Origin: Promethearchaeota archaeon
GTDB taxonomy: Archaea > Asgardarchaeota > Heimdallarchaeia > Hodarchaeales > Hodarchaeaceae
Reading direction: 5' to 3'
DNA length: 24,000 nucleotides
Assembly: GCA_048939265.1 (NCBI GenBank)
Contig: JBHLPQ010000005.1
Coordinates: 24,736-48,735 of the forward strand
The notes under the pieces are model-generated. The model worked only from the letters and a program-made list of their open reading frames with translations. It ran no database searches and was not told the DNA's origin. A program made the translations under genes and the position numbers. Shown one piece after another: positions 8,471-15,740 of this stretch; position 1 is the stretch's first letter; each line of letters opens with the position of its first letter.

Positions 8471-9468
8471 CCATCTCCTCTTTCAAGTACCAATATTTTC
8501 TCAAAAAGCTGAAAGAGGAAATTTTTAATAGTTTTAATTTCCAATAAGGGTGCGTTGTATCCTGCTGCGCTATCGTGTCCCCCTCCTGTCCCTCCAAACT
8601 GGTTTATTAATTCAGGGATAATATCTTTTCCAAGAGATATTCCTGTTTCTTTTGGAAGACTTGAAGTTGTACGTAAGCTGATTCGTGTTTCCTGTTTCCT
8701 ATTCGCTATGACAATAGTAATATCTCCTCCCAAAAAGATGAGTGAACGAGCTGCTGCTGCCTCAAACGAGCTCACATATGAAAATAATAAGATTTTGTCT
8801 TTAATGGTAACCCTCTTCATACGTTGAGCTGCTTTAATGCATGCTAACTTTTCTGATTGGGTACGAGAAGAAGTGAATAGTTTCATTGTATCAAGATAGA
8901 TATTTGGACTATTCTGGAGGAGAAAATTGACACAATCGAAAAGTTCGCTATCAGCGTTTAGAAATCGTCTTGTATCATAAATAATTCCTGCAAGAAGCCC
9001 TTTAATTACCTGTTTTGTAAGAGGGATTTCCTCATTGTAATACCATGATGCAATGATTTCAGTAGTTGAATAGAAAGAATTCAGTTGATAATCAAATATT
9101 ACTTCAACTTCTGGTGGTATAGGGACATGATGATCTATAATAGCAAATTGCCTTTTAGGAGTAATCAATTGAGGATCGATATAATTTGTATCAAGAAACA
9201 CAAATAATGCGGGAGGATTTACTTGGTTGACCTCAATGGTTTCTAAATGAAAATCAGAAAACTCTAATAGATTGTGTCCTAAAACGCTCAGTGTGGGTTC
9301 TAGAGTACGAATTATTAGATTAGGGTTCGTTATTTGAATTAAATGGGTTAAACCAATAGCTGCTCCAACAGCGTCAGGATCAGCTTGAGAATGCATTACT
9401 AAAACAATCATACCTTGAAAATTTCTAAGAAATTCTAAAAACATACTAGGAGAAGGAATGGGTCTCAC
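8467..9468 (-). CDS. DHH/DHHA1 family phosphoesterase (NrnA / small RecJ-like)
   Basis: DHH motifs appear in order: HSQADPDAVGAA, FLDTN, IIDHHVP and IIYDTRRF, followed by the DHHA1 motif GGTGGGHDSAAG. It is 333 aa long. Confidence 0.8.
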   Translation of the reverse strand: MRPIPSPSMFLEFLRNFQGMIVLVMHSQADPDAVGAAIGLTHLIQITNPNLIIRTLEPTLSVLGHNLLEFSDFHLETIEVNQVNPPALFVFLDTNYIDPQLITPKRQFAIIDHHVPIPPEVEVIFDYQLNSFYSTTEIIASWYYNEEIPLTKQVIKGLLAGIIYDTRRFLNADSELFDCVNFLLQNSPNIYLDTMKLFTSSRTQSEKLACIKAAQRMKRVTIKDKILLFSYVSSFEAAAARSLIFLGGDITIVIANRKQETRISLRTTSSLPKETGISLGKDIIPELINQFGGTGGGHDSAAGYNAPLLEIKTIKNFLFQLFEKILVLERGDG

Positions 9469-9481
9469 TTTTTTTCACCCA

Positions 9482-10012
9482 CTACTCGTTATTTAACATA
9501 GCTTCAATTTCTGTATGTAACAGGCGCACTCTCTTGAGAATCGGATGTGAGTTTTTGAGACGAGTACTGTATCTTTCAATCACTTCATCGATTGATAAGA
9601 GAGGTACGTTTTTTGAAATATTATCCGCATAGGTGATTATTTTTTCTTCTAGAGTTCTAGGGAGATAATCCTGAAAAGGTAATCCAAATTCTCTCGCTTC
9701 AATTTTTGTTATTCCGCCAAAAAGATGATTTTCAGCTACCTGAGCTACCTGCTCTACAATACCTTCTTTTCGCAGAATTTTAGCACCAACAATACCATGA
9801 TCTAAGCGATGAGATCGACAGCGACCAATATCGTGTAATATAGCGCCTGCCATAATAAGATGACAATCAATTGCTAATTTTTTATCTTTAAGAATTCCTG
9901 CAATGTTCAATGCCGTTTGCGCTGTTAATATTGAATGTGAAATAACATTTGGTGAAGTTGAGTAGTTTAGGAGTAATTGAATACATTCAGTATAATCTGG
10001 ATAAGATGCCAT
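9482..10012 (-). CDS. HD-domain metal-dependent phosphohydrolase (small archaeal HD protein)
   Basis: It has an H...HD signature (SHSILTAQ..., AILHDIGR) followed by HGIVGAKILRKEG and ENHLFGG. It is 176 aa and lies 13 nt upstream of the DHH gene on the same strand. Confidence 0.8.
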   Translation of the reverse strand: MASYPDYTECIQLLLNYSTSPNVISHSILTAQTALNIAGILKDKKLAIDCHLIMAGAILHDIGRCRSHRLDHGIVGAKILRKEGIVEQVAQVAENHLFGGITKIEAREFGLPFQDYLPRTLEEKIITYADNISKNVPLLSIDEVIERYSTRLKNSHPILKRVRLLHTEIEAMLNNE

Positions 10013-10150
10013 AGTTCAGGATCTCGTACAGATGTTTATTTTGATTCAATATGTACTTTGATTGTTTTCTGAAAAGTTCTCAAATATCCTATTTTTCACA
10101 ATGAAAGGAAGGGGTTTGAATCCTCGACACGGCCCTGTGCCTGAAAGATG

Positions 10151-10288
10151 TAGGGACGGGGGGATTTTCATTAGACGGCATATACTCATACTAATTTTGA
10201 ACCCCCGATCTCTTGGTCCCGAACCAAGAATCCTTTAGCCATCATATCTTCCTCAGATACAATTAAGACCAAACTAGACTACGTCCCT
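10151..10288 (-). tRNA. tRNA-Pro(CGG) with two non-canonical introns (D loop and T loop)
   Basis: Hand fold on the minus strand: acceptor AGGGACG/CGTCCCT, U8, D stem GTCT/GGAT, anticodon stem CTTGG/CCAAG, loop TTCGGGA (anticodon at 10219-10221), T stem GGGGG/CCCCC and discriminator A. The gene is 138 nt because of a ~29-nt insertion in the D loop (about 10238-10266) and a 31-nt insertion in the T loop (10165-10195). The T-loop insertion is framed by helix TTCA/TGAA and 3-nt bulges AAA and AAT. There is no intron at 37/38 and no encoded CCA. Confidence 0.85.
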
Positions 10289-10442
10289 TTTCTAATTTTG
10301 TATTCAATTGTATTCTAAGGATTTCAATTCTATAAAATCAAAGTTTGCGTATGATTTAAGCTTTTCTGGCTTAGGTATCCCTAAAAGAGGTATGATGTAT
10401 TTTGATGGTGAATTCATTCTCAAGCAAATTGAATGAAAAAGA

Positions 10443-10847
10443 TTAAAGATCTTCAAATCCTTCGTCTACTATTTCCTCATCTTCATCTGAGACTTCTTTG
10501 GCTTCTTTTGCCGCTGTTGCCGCTGCTAATGTAATAAATTCCGAATAACGTGTAAGAAGTTGACTGATTTTGTCATCTGATAAACGATCACCAGTTATCG
10601 CTCGGACATCAATCGGTTTTTTGGGATTTATATTCAGGATTTGGACAACAAGGATTCGAGGAAGATCAAATTCTTCTTTTAATGCTTGAATAGCTTCCTC
10701 CGAGAAAGCAGCATCACGTGATAATTTCTCAGCATGTTGTGCTGTGACCCGTTGTACATAATTGATACCTGTTTCCTCTCGAATTTTCAAAAGTTCATGT
10801 ACTTGCCCTAAAGTAATCGGTTTTTCATCCAGGACTTTTCTAACCAT
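10443..10847 (-). CDS. rpoF: DNA-directed RNA polymerase subunit Rpo4/F
   Basis: The N-terminus MVRKVLDEKPITLGQVHELLKIREE and the overall helical HRDC-like pattern resemble Rpo4/F. It sits immediately downstream of L21e, the gene order conserved across archaea. It carries an unusual Ala-rich plus acidic C-terminal extension. Confidence 0.8.
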   Translation of the reverse strand: MVRKVLDEKPITLGQVHELLKIREETGINYVQRVTAQHAEKLSRDAAFSEEAIQALKEEFDLPRILVVQILNINPKKPIDVRAITGDRLSDDKISQLLTRYSEFITLAAATAAKEAKEVSDEDEEIVDEGFEDL

Positions 10848-10879
10848 TTTTAACTACCATTCTACAAAAATGCTATTTA

Positions 10880-11176
10880 TCAGTGTAGTTGTGCTTTAAG
10901 ATGTTCAGGTCGGGCGATTATTTTCTTATAGCTATTTCCATCGGAAACTTGGATTAAGTACGATTGTCCACGTTTTTCTAAAACAACTCCGGTTTTCCCA
11001 TGAAATCTTCTATGGGGGCGTCCTTTTTGAACACTAGGTTCGATAACAATATTTACTTTGGAGTTCACCTCATAATTCGCTAATGTTCGGGATAAAGAGG
11101 GTAAACCACGTTTCCTCGGATGTTTAGAGAATATTTTCCGTGTCCTAAAATTCATACCTTTTGATTTCTTAACCAT
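10880..11176 (-). CDS. rpl21e: 50S ribosomal protein L21e (eL21)
   Basis: The 98-aa product has FRTRKIFSKHPRKRGLPSLSR, KVNIVIEPSVQKGRPHRRFHGKTGVV and ARPEHL, all hallmark eL21 segments. Confidence 0.95.
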   Translation of the reverse strand: MVKKSKGMNFRTRKIFSKHPRKRGLPSLSRTLANYEVNSKVNIVIEPSVQKGRPHRRFHGKTGVVLEKRGQSYLIQVSDGNSYKKIIARPEHLKAQLH

Positions 11177-11315
11177 TCTGTTCTTTCTCCAAGTGATTGT
11201 GCTCTTTTAGGGTTTTAAGTTAAGATAAGGGCTATTGGCTTCAGTAACACCACTAGAAAGGGTTTTTTTAAACATATTTTTGGATTTCTTTTGATAAATC
11301 CTTCAGACGAAGATA

Positions 11316-12671
11316 TCAAAAGGAGTCCTTCTCATTCAAAACTTCAATAACGTCAAGTTGAATAACCGCAGCATTAGTATTAAGACGATCTGAAAGATTC
11401 GGTTGAGTTCGTCCACCATCTCCACTGATTAACTCTTTCACATATAGTCCTCCCTCACAAACTACATATGCTGTCAATTGTTGTGGTTCCAATTTCTCAA
11501 TCTGGAATTTTTGAACTTTTCTTACCCGAATTTTATCAGCGCGACGATGAACTACTCGCAATGGGGTTCGCTGTTGAATAAGTGAGCCAGAAAATTCATC
11601 TACAATAGCTGATATTTCCGTTTCTTCAAGATGGATAGGGGGATCTAAAGAAATAATCATTCGATAACCTTTTGCATTCCTACTCGATCGTGTCTTAAGC
11701 TCTCGAACTTTAGCCCGGGTAGTTAGTCCTTCGATATCAATTTCAACTTTTCCTTTTGCTTTTTTATTTACCATTTCCTTAATTTGTTTGAGATTTAATT
11801 TTCTCTTTTTTGGTTCAGAGATTTCAAGAATAAACGGTCTTCCATTTCCTAGCATAAGGGCATCGATATCTTCTCGGCCTGAACCGTGAAATTTGCTGGC
11901 TCTTCCTTCAGCTTCAACACGGAAAGGTTCTGAAACGTATTCTTCCACTGATTCTTGGTACATCTTTCCCGTAAAATTACAATATTCACACCCCTTCCCT
12001 CTACATTTCCGACAAAACCATTTTGACTGTGGGATTCCCCGTTCTAATTTTCTGTATCGCCCCAATATGAAAAGAGGATTTGGTTTAATATGAATTTGAT
12101 TATTGAGAAGATCAAATGTTAATACAATATCTGGAGCTTTAAATTCTACAGTCGCGTAATCTATTCGTTCTTGTAACATTTTACCAATTTCACGGTTAAA
12201 CTCAGATTTAATCGCCTCTCCAAATTCAAGATTATAGGTACTTCGAATTGAATCTTCTTTATCGATTATTGAAGGAGAAAATTGACTTCCCACAAGAAAA
12301 GTAGAAAATTCATAGTCATCAAGAATTTTTAGAGCATCTTCAACAATTGTTTTCATATTTTGAGAAGAAAGAATTCCCTGACAAATTTCACAACGGGAAT
12401 CATTGGCTTGTATTTCTGGATGAAATCGTTGGATTGATCTTTCCCCAATTATAAAGTCTTCAGACAACAAAGAAGATATTTTTAGAGGCTCCATTTTTGA
12501 TAATCGGTACGTATTCTCCCATTCCATTAGAAGTAGTATCTTTAGTGCTTCACCTCGTTTTTTATTAGATAGTCCTGATAATAAATTACCAAATTGTCGA
12601 CCTAAGCATGAATTACAGCAATGTACATCCATAATTAGTTGCTTAGCCTTGTTTAAGATTGGTAATTCCAT
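11316..12671 (-). CDS. pus10: tRNA pseudouridine synthase Pus10 (Psi54/Psi55)
   Basis: It has an N-terminal zinc-ribbon CCNSCLGRQFGNL plus CEIC and CRKCRGKGCEYC, a THUMP-like middle region, and a catalytic segment GSGREDIDALMLGNGRPFILEI with the conserved Asp. I place the start at the internal ATG at 12671 (MELPILNKAKQL...), which matches the usual Pus10 N-terminus. The ORF track extends to 12737. Confidence 0.9.
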   Translation of the reverse strand: MELPILNKAKQLIMDVHCCNSCLGRQFGNLLSGLSNKKRGEALKILLLMEWENTYRLSKMEPLKISSLLSEDFIIGERSIQRFHPEIQANDSRCEICQGILSSQNMKTIVEDALKILDDYEFSTFLVGSQFSPSIIDKEDSIRSTYNLEFGEAIKSEFNREIGKMLQERIDYATVEFKAPDIVLTFDLLNNQIHIKPNPLFILGRYRKLERGIPQSKWFCRKCRGKGCEYCNFTGKMYQESVEEYVSEPFRVEAEGRASKFHGSGREDIDALMLGNGRPFILEISEPKKRKLNLKQIKEMVNKKAKGKVEIDIEGLTTRAKVRELKTRSSRNAKGYRMIISLDPPIHLEETEISAIVDEFSGSLIQQRTPLRVVHRRADKIRVRKVQKFQIEKLEPQQLTAYVVCEGGLYVKELISGDGGRTQPNLSDRLNTNAAVIQLDVIEVLNEKDSF

Positions 12672-12869
12672 CAACAGACTCCCTTCATTAGGAATGGATA
12701 GGAAGCGAAGAGTATTTGCCTCAATTTTGAGAGACAATTTGTTTTATAATCGCATATCTAAGAAATTTTTTTATTTTTTTTCTCCAGATCAAATAATTGA
12801 ACAAAAAACAGAACCCAATTGTAATTAAATGATTCAGTTTATCTAGATAACAGGAGCAGGTAAATTGTT

Positions 12870-13412
12870 ATGAGACGATTTTTTGTGATTTCAAACACTG
12901 TAGATACTTCTAAATCTTTATCTCTAAATTCCTTAACAGGATATGGCCGATTGGATGTTCTATGCCGCTGCATTAATGCAGCTTTCTTTCTTTCCAACGA
13001 TTTTCGAAAGAATGTTGTCCTCAGTATTTTTTTTAAAATTAATAATAAAATTTTAGAAATATGGGGAAATGAAGTTCGTGGGATAAATCCAGACGAACGA
13101 GCTATTGCAGGAGTACTTAAACGTGTCTTTAACGGTCATTCTCACCCTGGGACAAGATTTTATTCGTCTTCTTTAGAACAATATTTTCAAAAACGGAATT
13201 TTATTATTATTGATAGAAAAGGGGATCAATTATTAAATAAACTTAGCGAATATGATTCATTCATGCTTGGAGATCAGGTGGGTTTTCCAAAAGAGATTTA
13301 CTTTCTGTTTACACATCAACCAAAAATATCCTTAGGAATCCCTATATATTTAAGTTCGCAGGTGATAACAATCCTTAATTATCTCCTAGATAACATTGAA
13401 CTAGATGAATGA
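12870..13412 (+). CDS. trmY: tRNA (pseudouridine54-N1)-methyltransferase TrmY (SPOUT, DUF358 family)
   Basis: The N-terminus MRRFFVISNT...LTGYGRLDVLCRCINAAFFLSNDFRKNV and the C-terminal MLGDQVGF...LGIPIYLSSQVITILNYLLD (SPOUT knot region) fit the family, as does the ~180-aa size. It is divergently paired with pus10. Confidence 0.8.
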   Translation: MRRFFVISNTVDTSKSLSLNSLTGYGRLDVLCRCINAAFFLSNDFRKNVVLSIFFKINNKILEIWGNEVRGINPDERAIAGVLKRVFNGHSHPGTRFYSSSLEQYFQKRNFIIIDRKGDQLLNKLSEYDSFMLGDQVGFPKEIYFLFTHQPKISLGIPIYLSSQVITILNYLLDNIELDE

Positions 13413-13447
13413 CATTCTAAGTAGAAAAACATCGGAGTTTGATACGT

Positions 13448-14812
13448 ATGCTTGATTCTTTGAGCTCATCATTACGGAAAGCAATCATGAAAGTTCGTGG
13501 TGCACCTATAGTTGATGAGAAGTTAATTAATGCCTTAATCACCGATTTAGAAAATGCTCTTCTTGCTGCTGATGTTAACCTTGATTTGGTACTCACTGTT
13601 ACTGAAAGAGTACGTGAAAGAGCTCTCAAAGATATCTTACCCATGGCTATCAGTCGTAAAGACTATACTCTAAAAGTGATCTATGATGAACTAGCTAGTC
13701 TATTGGGGAAAAGACATACTCCATTACGTCTAAATCCTGATGATCTATCAATTTTAATGTTCATTGGTATCCAAGGATCAGGTAAAACAACATGTATCGG
13801 AAAAACTGCAAATTACTTTCAAAAAAGGGGATATTCTGTTGGAGTTATTGGTGGAGATACGTTTAGGCCTGGTGCTTTAGCCCAACTTCAACAATTTCTT
13901 TCACCCATAAATGTGGAAGTTTTTGGGGATGAAAAGGAGAAAAAAGCTTCTAAAATCATTAAAAGGGGATTAAAGCACTTTGAAGAGAAAAAAAATATCA
14001 ATCTTATTTTAGTAGATACAGCAGGACGACATAAAGAAGAAAAAGCTTTATTAAAAGAAATGCAAGAAATTGCTAAAATAGCTAAACCCACAGAAATTGT
14101 ATTAGTAATTGATGCTACAATAGGACAACAAGCTCAAGCACAAGCCGATGCTTTCAATCGTGCAACCCCTATTGGATCGATCATTTTAACAAAGATGGAT
14201 GGTTCAGCTAAAGGCGGGGGAGCAGTCTCTGCTGTTGCTGTGACAGGAGCAAAAATTCGATTCTATGGTGATGGGGAAAATATTCAAGATTTAGAGGAGT
14301 TCAACCCAACTCGATTCGTTGGATCTTTATTAGGGCTGGGTGATATAGAGGGTTTGATACAAAGTGTTAATGAAGCATTTGATGAGGAAGATACGGCCGA
14401 ACTTCGCGATGCATTCAAAAAAGGGAAGTTAACATTACGCCATTTCAAAATCCAGATGGAAAATGCTAGTAAACAATCATCAATTGGAAAATTGGTTTCA
14501 AAAATCCCTGGCGTAAGCACATTAACAGGTCAACAACCTATATTAGAAGCAGAAGGTCAAAGAAACATGAAACGCTTCATTGCGATTTGTAATTCGATGA
14601 CAGATGAAGAATTAGATAATGCTCGAATAATTAAAGGTAAACGTATTCAGAGAATAGCACAAGGATCAGGAACTTCCCCTCAAGAAGTGAAACTTCTTTT
14701 AAATCAGTTTAATCAAGCTTCAAAACAATTAAAAATGATGCGAAAGATGAGAGGACGACGGGGAGCTCCTCCAGGTGGGATCCCACCAGGCTTAGAAGGC
14801 TTACTCGGATAA
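13448..14812 (+). CDS. srp54: Signal recognition particle protein SRP54
   Basis: It has an N domain MLDSLSSSLRKAI, a G domain with GIQGSGKTT, DTAGRH and TKMDG, and an M domain with a Met-rich segment (LKMMRKMRGRRG). The ATG at 13448 is preferred over the track's TTG at 13439. Confidence 0.95.
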   Translation: MLDSLSSSLRKAIMKVRGAPIVDEKLINALITDLENALLAADVNLDLVLTVTERVRERALKDILPMAISRKDYTLKVIYDELASLLGKRHTPLRLNPDDLSILMFIGIQGSGKTTCIGKTANYFQKRGYSVGVIGGDTFRPGALAQLQQFLSPINVEVFGDEKEKKASKIIKRGLKHFEEKKNINLILVDTAGRHKEEKALLKEMQEIAKIAKPTEIVLVIDATIGQQAQAQADAFNRATPIGSIILTKMDGSAKGGGAVSAVAVTGAKIRFYGDGENIQDLEEFNPTRFVGSLLGLGDIEGLIQSVNEAFDEEDTAELRDAFKKGKLTLRHFKIQMENASKQSSIGKLVSKIPGVSTLTGQQPILEAEGQRNMKRFIAICNSMTDEELDNARIIKGKRIQRIAQGSGTSPQEVKLLLNQFNQASKQLKMMRKMRGRRGAPPGGIPPGLEGLLG

Positions 14813-14862
14813 GGTTGAAGCGATTAAAAATAAAATTCTTGTGTTATACAAAGAAAAAGAAA

Positions 14863-15000
14863 TGCTCCGACCGGGATTTTCCAACCACAAACAATGCGTT
14901 TAGGTTCTTTGAACCCGGGTCACAGGGGAGCTCCTGAAAGTCTGAGTAACAGACTCTCATTGAGAGCCCTGAATGATGGGCCGAGCTACACTATCGGAGC
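14863..15000 (-). tRNA. tRNA-Glu(CTC) with canonical intron plus T-loop intron
   Basis: Fold: acceptor GCTCCGA/TCGGAGC, D arm GTGTAGCTCGGCCCATCAT, anticodon stem CAGGG/CCCTG and T stem CCGGG/CCCGG. A 32-nt intron at 37/38 (14929-14960) has central helix CTCT/GGAG flanked by bulges CAA and CTC, giving the loop CTCTCAC. A second 31-nt insertion splits the T loop TTCAAA|..|T (14877-14907). The discriminator is A, followed by an oligo-T tract. Confidence 0.9.
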
Positions 15001-15023
15001 AAATCGTGAAAACCAAATCTCAA

Positions 15024-15032
15024 TAATATATA
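15024..15032 (-). promoter_or_regulatory. Putative TATA box for tRNA-Glu
   Basis: The minus strand reads TATATATTA about 24-32 nt upstream of the mature 5' end at 15000. It is supported by position and composition only. Confidence 0.3.
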
Positions 15033-15079
15033 GATTTTTTTGATACAATATTCTTGCATGGACTAACCTGAACTAATTA

Positions 15080-15300
15080 TGCTGGGGGGGGGCCTTTCGT
15101 GAGGTAAATCGCAATTTACCTGAATTCGAACCCCCGACTTCGGGATGTCTCGTCTGAAAGCGCGATCTGTGCCCTTAGAAGGTTATGAGTATTATTCTCA
15201 GATTATGAGTCCCGCGCTATCGGCCTTCTGACTATTGACAGTAAGATTATACCAGGCTTAGCCACGATATAATGATTATTATCGTTTAAGCCACCCCAGC
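15080..15300 (-). tRNA. tRNA(CAT), elongator Met-like (could be Ile2), interrupted by four inserted segments
   Basis: The exons assemble into a canonical 73-nt cloverleaf. Its parts are acceptor GCTGGGG/CCCCAGC, UG, D stem GCTA/TAGC, D loop AGCCTGG.A, G26, anticodon stem CGGGA/TCCCG and loop CTCATAA. These are followed by variable AAGTC, T stem GGGGG/CCCCC, T loop TTCGAA.G and discriminator A. The insertions are ~29 nt in the D stem (15260-15288), ~31 nt in the D loop (15221-15251), 57 nt at 37/38 (15147-15203) and 31 nt in the T loop (15094-15124). G1:C72 argues against an initiator. Confidence 0.8.
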
Positions 15301-15322
15301 AAATATAATTGGGGGTAATCAC

Positions 15323-15328
15323 CTTATA
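15323..15328 (-). promoter_or_regulatory. Putative TATA box for tRNA(CAT)
   Basis: The minus strand reads TATAAG at -28 to -23 relative to the mature 5' end at 15300. It is supported by position only. Confidence 0.3.
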
Positions 15329-15487
15329 CGGATGAGCATTCAGCAATACGCCTTGCAGTGGCTCTAGGATTTTAAGGTTATGCAGGAACATCTTTAAGAG
15401 AGGATCAATTTAAAAAATTGTGAAAGGAGGGACAGACTTGGACGTATAATTAACAATAAGGTTATAAACGCCTTTATTTAGTATCTA

Positions 15488-15595
15488 GCCCCGGTGGTGT
15501 AGTCTGGCCTAGCATTGATGGCTGTCAAAGGCTTATCACCTCTGATAGTCTGCCGAACCCATCCGACTCGGGTTCAAATCCCGACCGGGGCGCCA
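15488..15595 (+). tRNA. tRNA-Asp(GTC) with canonical intron; CCA encoded
   Basis: Fold: acceptor GCCCCGG/CCGGGGC, D arm GTGTAGTCTGGCCTAGCAT, anticodon stem GATGG/CCATC, loop CTGTCA|intron|C (anticodon 15524-15526), T arm TCGGGTTCAAATCCCGA and discriminator G. The 30-nt intron is at 15528-15557. CCA at 15593-15595 follows the discriminator; this is the only tRNA in the window with a genomic CCA. Confidence 0.95.
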
Positions 15596-15604
15596 AAAAT
15601 TCAA

Positions 15605-15709
15605 GGGCGCATAGCTCAGCCAGGTAGAGCGACAGGCTTTTAATGATTAAATTTTAATAGTTAAACTGAAGATACCTGTTGGCCGGGGGTTCAAATCCCT
15701 CTGCGCCCG
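15605..15709 (+). tRNA. tRNA-Lys(TTT) with canonical intron
   Basis: Fold: acceptor GGGCGCA/TGCGCCC, D arm GCTCAGCCAGGTAGAGC, anticodon stem ACAGG/CCTGT, loop CTTTTA|intron|A (anticodon 15639-15641) and T arm GGGGGTTCAAATCCCTC. The 31-nt intron at 15643-15673 has central helix CTTT/GAAG and bulges TAA and ATA. The gene lies 9 nt after the encoded CCA of tRNA-Asp (12 nt after its discriminator), so the two are probably co-transcribed. Confidence 0.95.
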
Positions 15710-15715
15710 CTGAAA

Positions 15716-15723
15716 TTTTGTTT
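15716..15723 (+). terminator. Oligo-T tract after the tRNA-Asp/tRNA-Lys pair
   Basis: TTTTGTTT begins 7 nt after the tRNA-Lys discriminator. Archaeal transcription commonly terminates at oligo-T tracts. Confidence 0.35.
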
Positions 15724-15740
15724 CTATTAACCTTGGCTTT

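Noticed and set aside
10105-10135. T-arm-like element AGGGGTTTGAATCCTCG on the plus strand just beyond the tRNA-Pro 3' end; considered as a split-tRNA half or second tRNA
   Set aside because: Only a 4-bp stem with a G-U pair can be drawn. I found no matching acceptor, D or anticodon arms on either strand in 10013-10150. This is insufficient for a tRNA or a tRNA half.
10141-15161. Recurring heptamer CTTTCAG (minus strand) in the Glu and CAT canonical introns and just after tRNA-Pro
   Set aside because: In the two introns, the TCA/TCAGA part is explained by pairing with TGA/TCTGA next to the splice bulge. The third occurrence lies outside any fold. I see no independent evidence for a shared motif.
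15181-15213. Near-duplicate of the anticodon arm (ACTCATAACC) inside the 57-nt canonical intron of tRNA(CAT), 20 nt after the real ACTCATAATC
   Set aside because: It is an 8-nt exact repeat in an AT-rich 221-nt region. My rough estimate gives a chance expectation of a few tenths, so it is not significant on its own.
15203-15391. 62-aa minus-strand ORF
   Set aside because: It reads straight through the 5' half of the multi-intron tRNA(CAT) gene, and its stop codon is the TAA inside the anticodon loop CTCATAA. It is an artefact of the tRNA locus.
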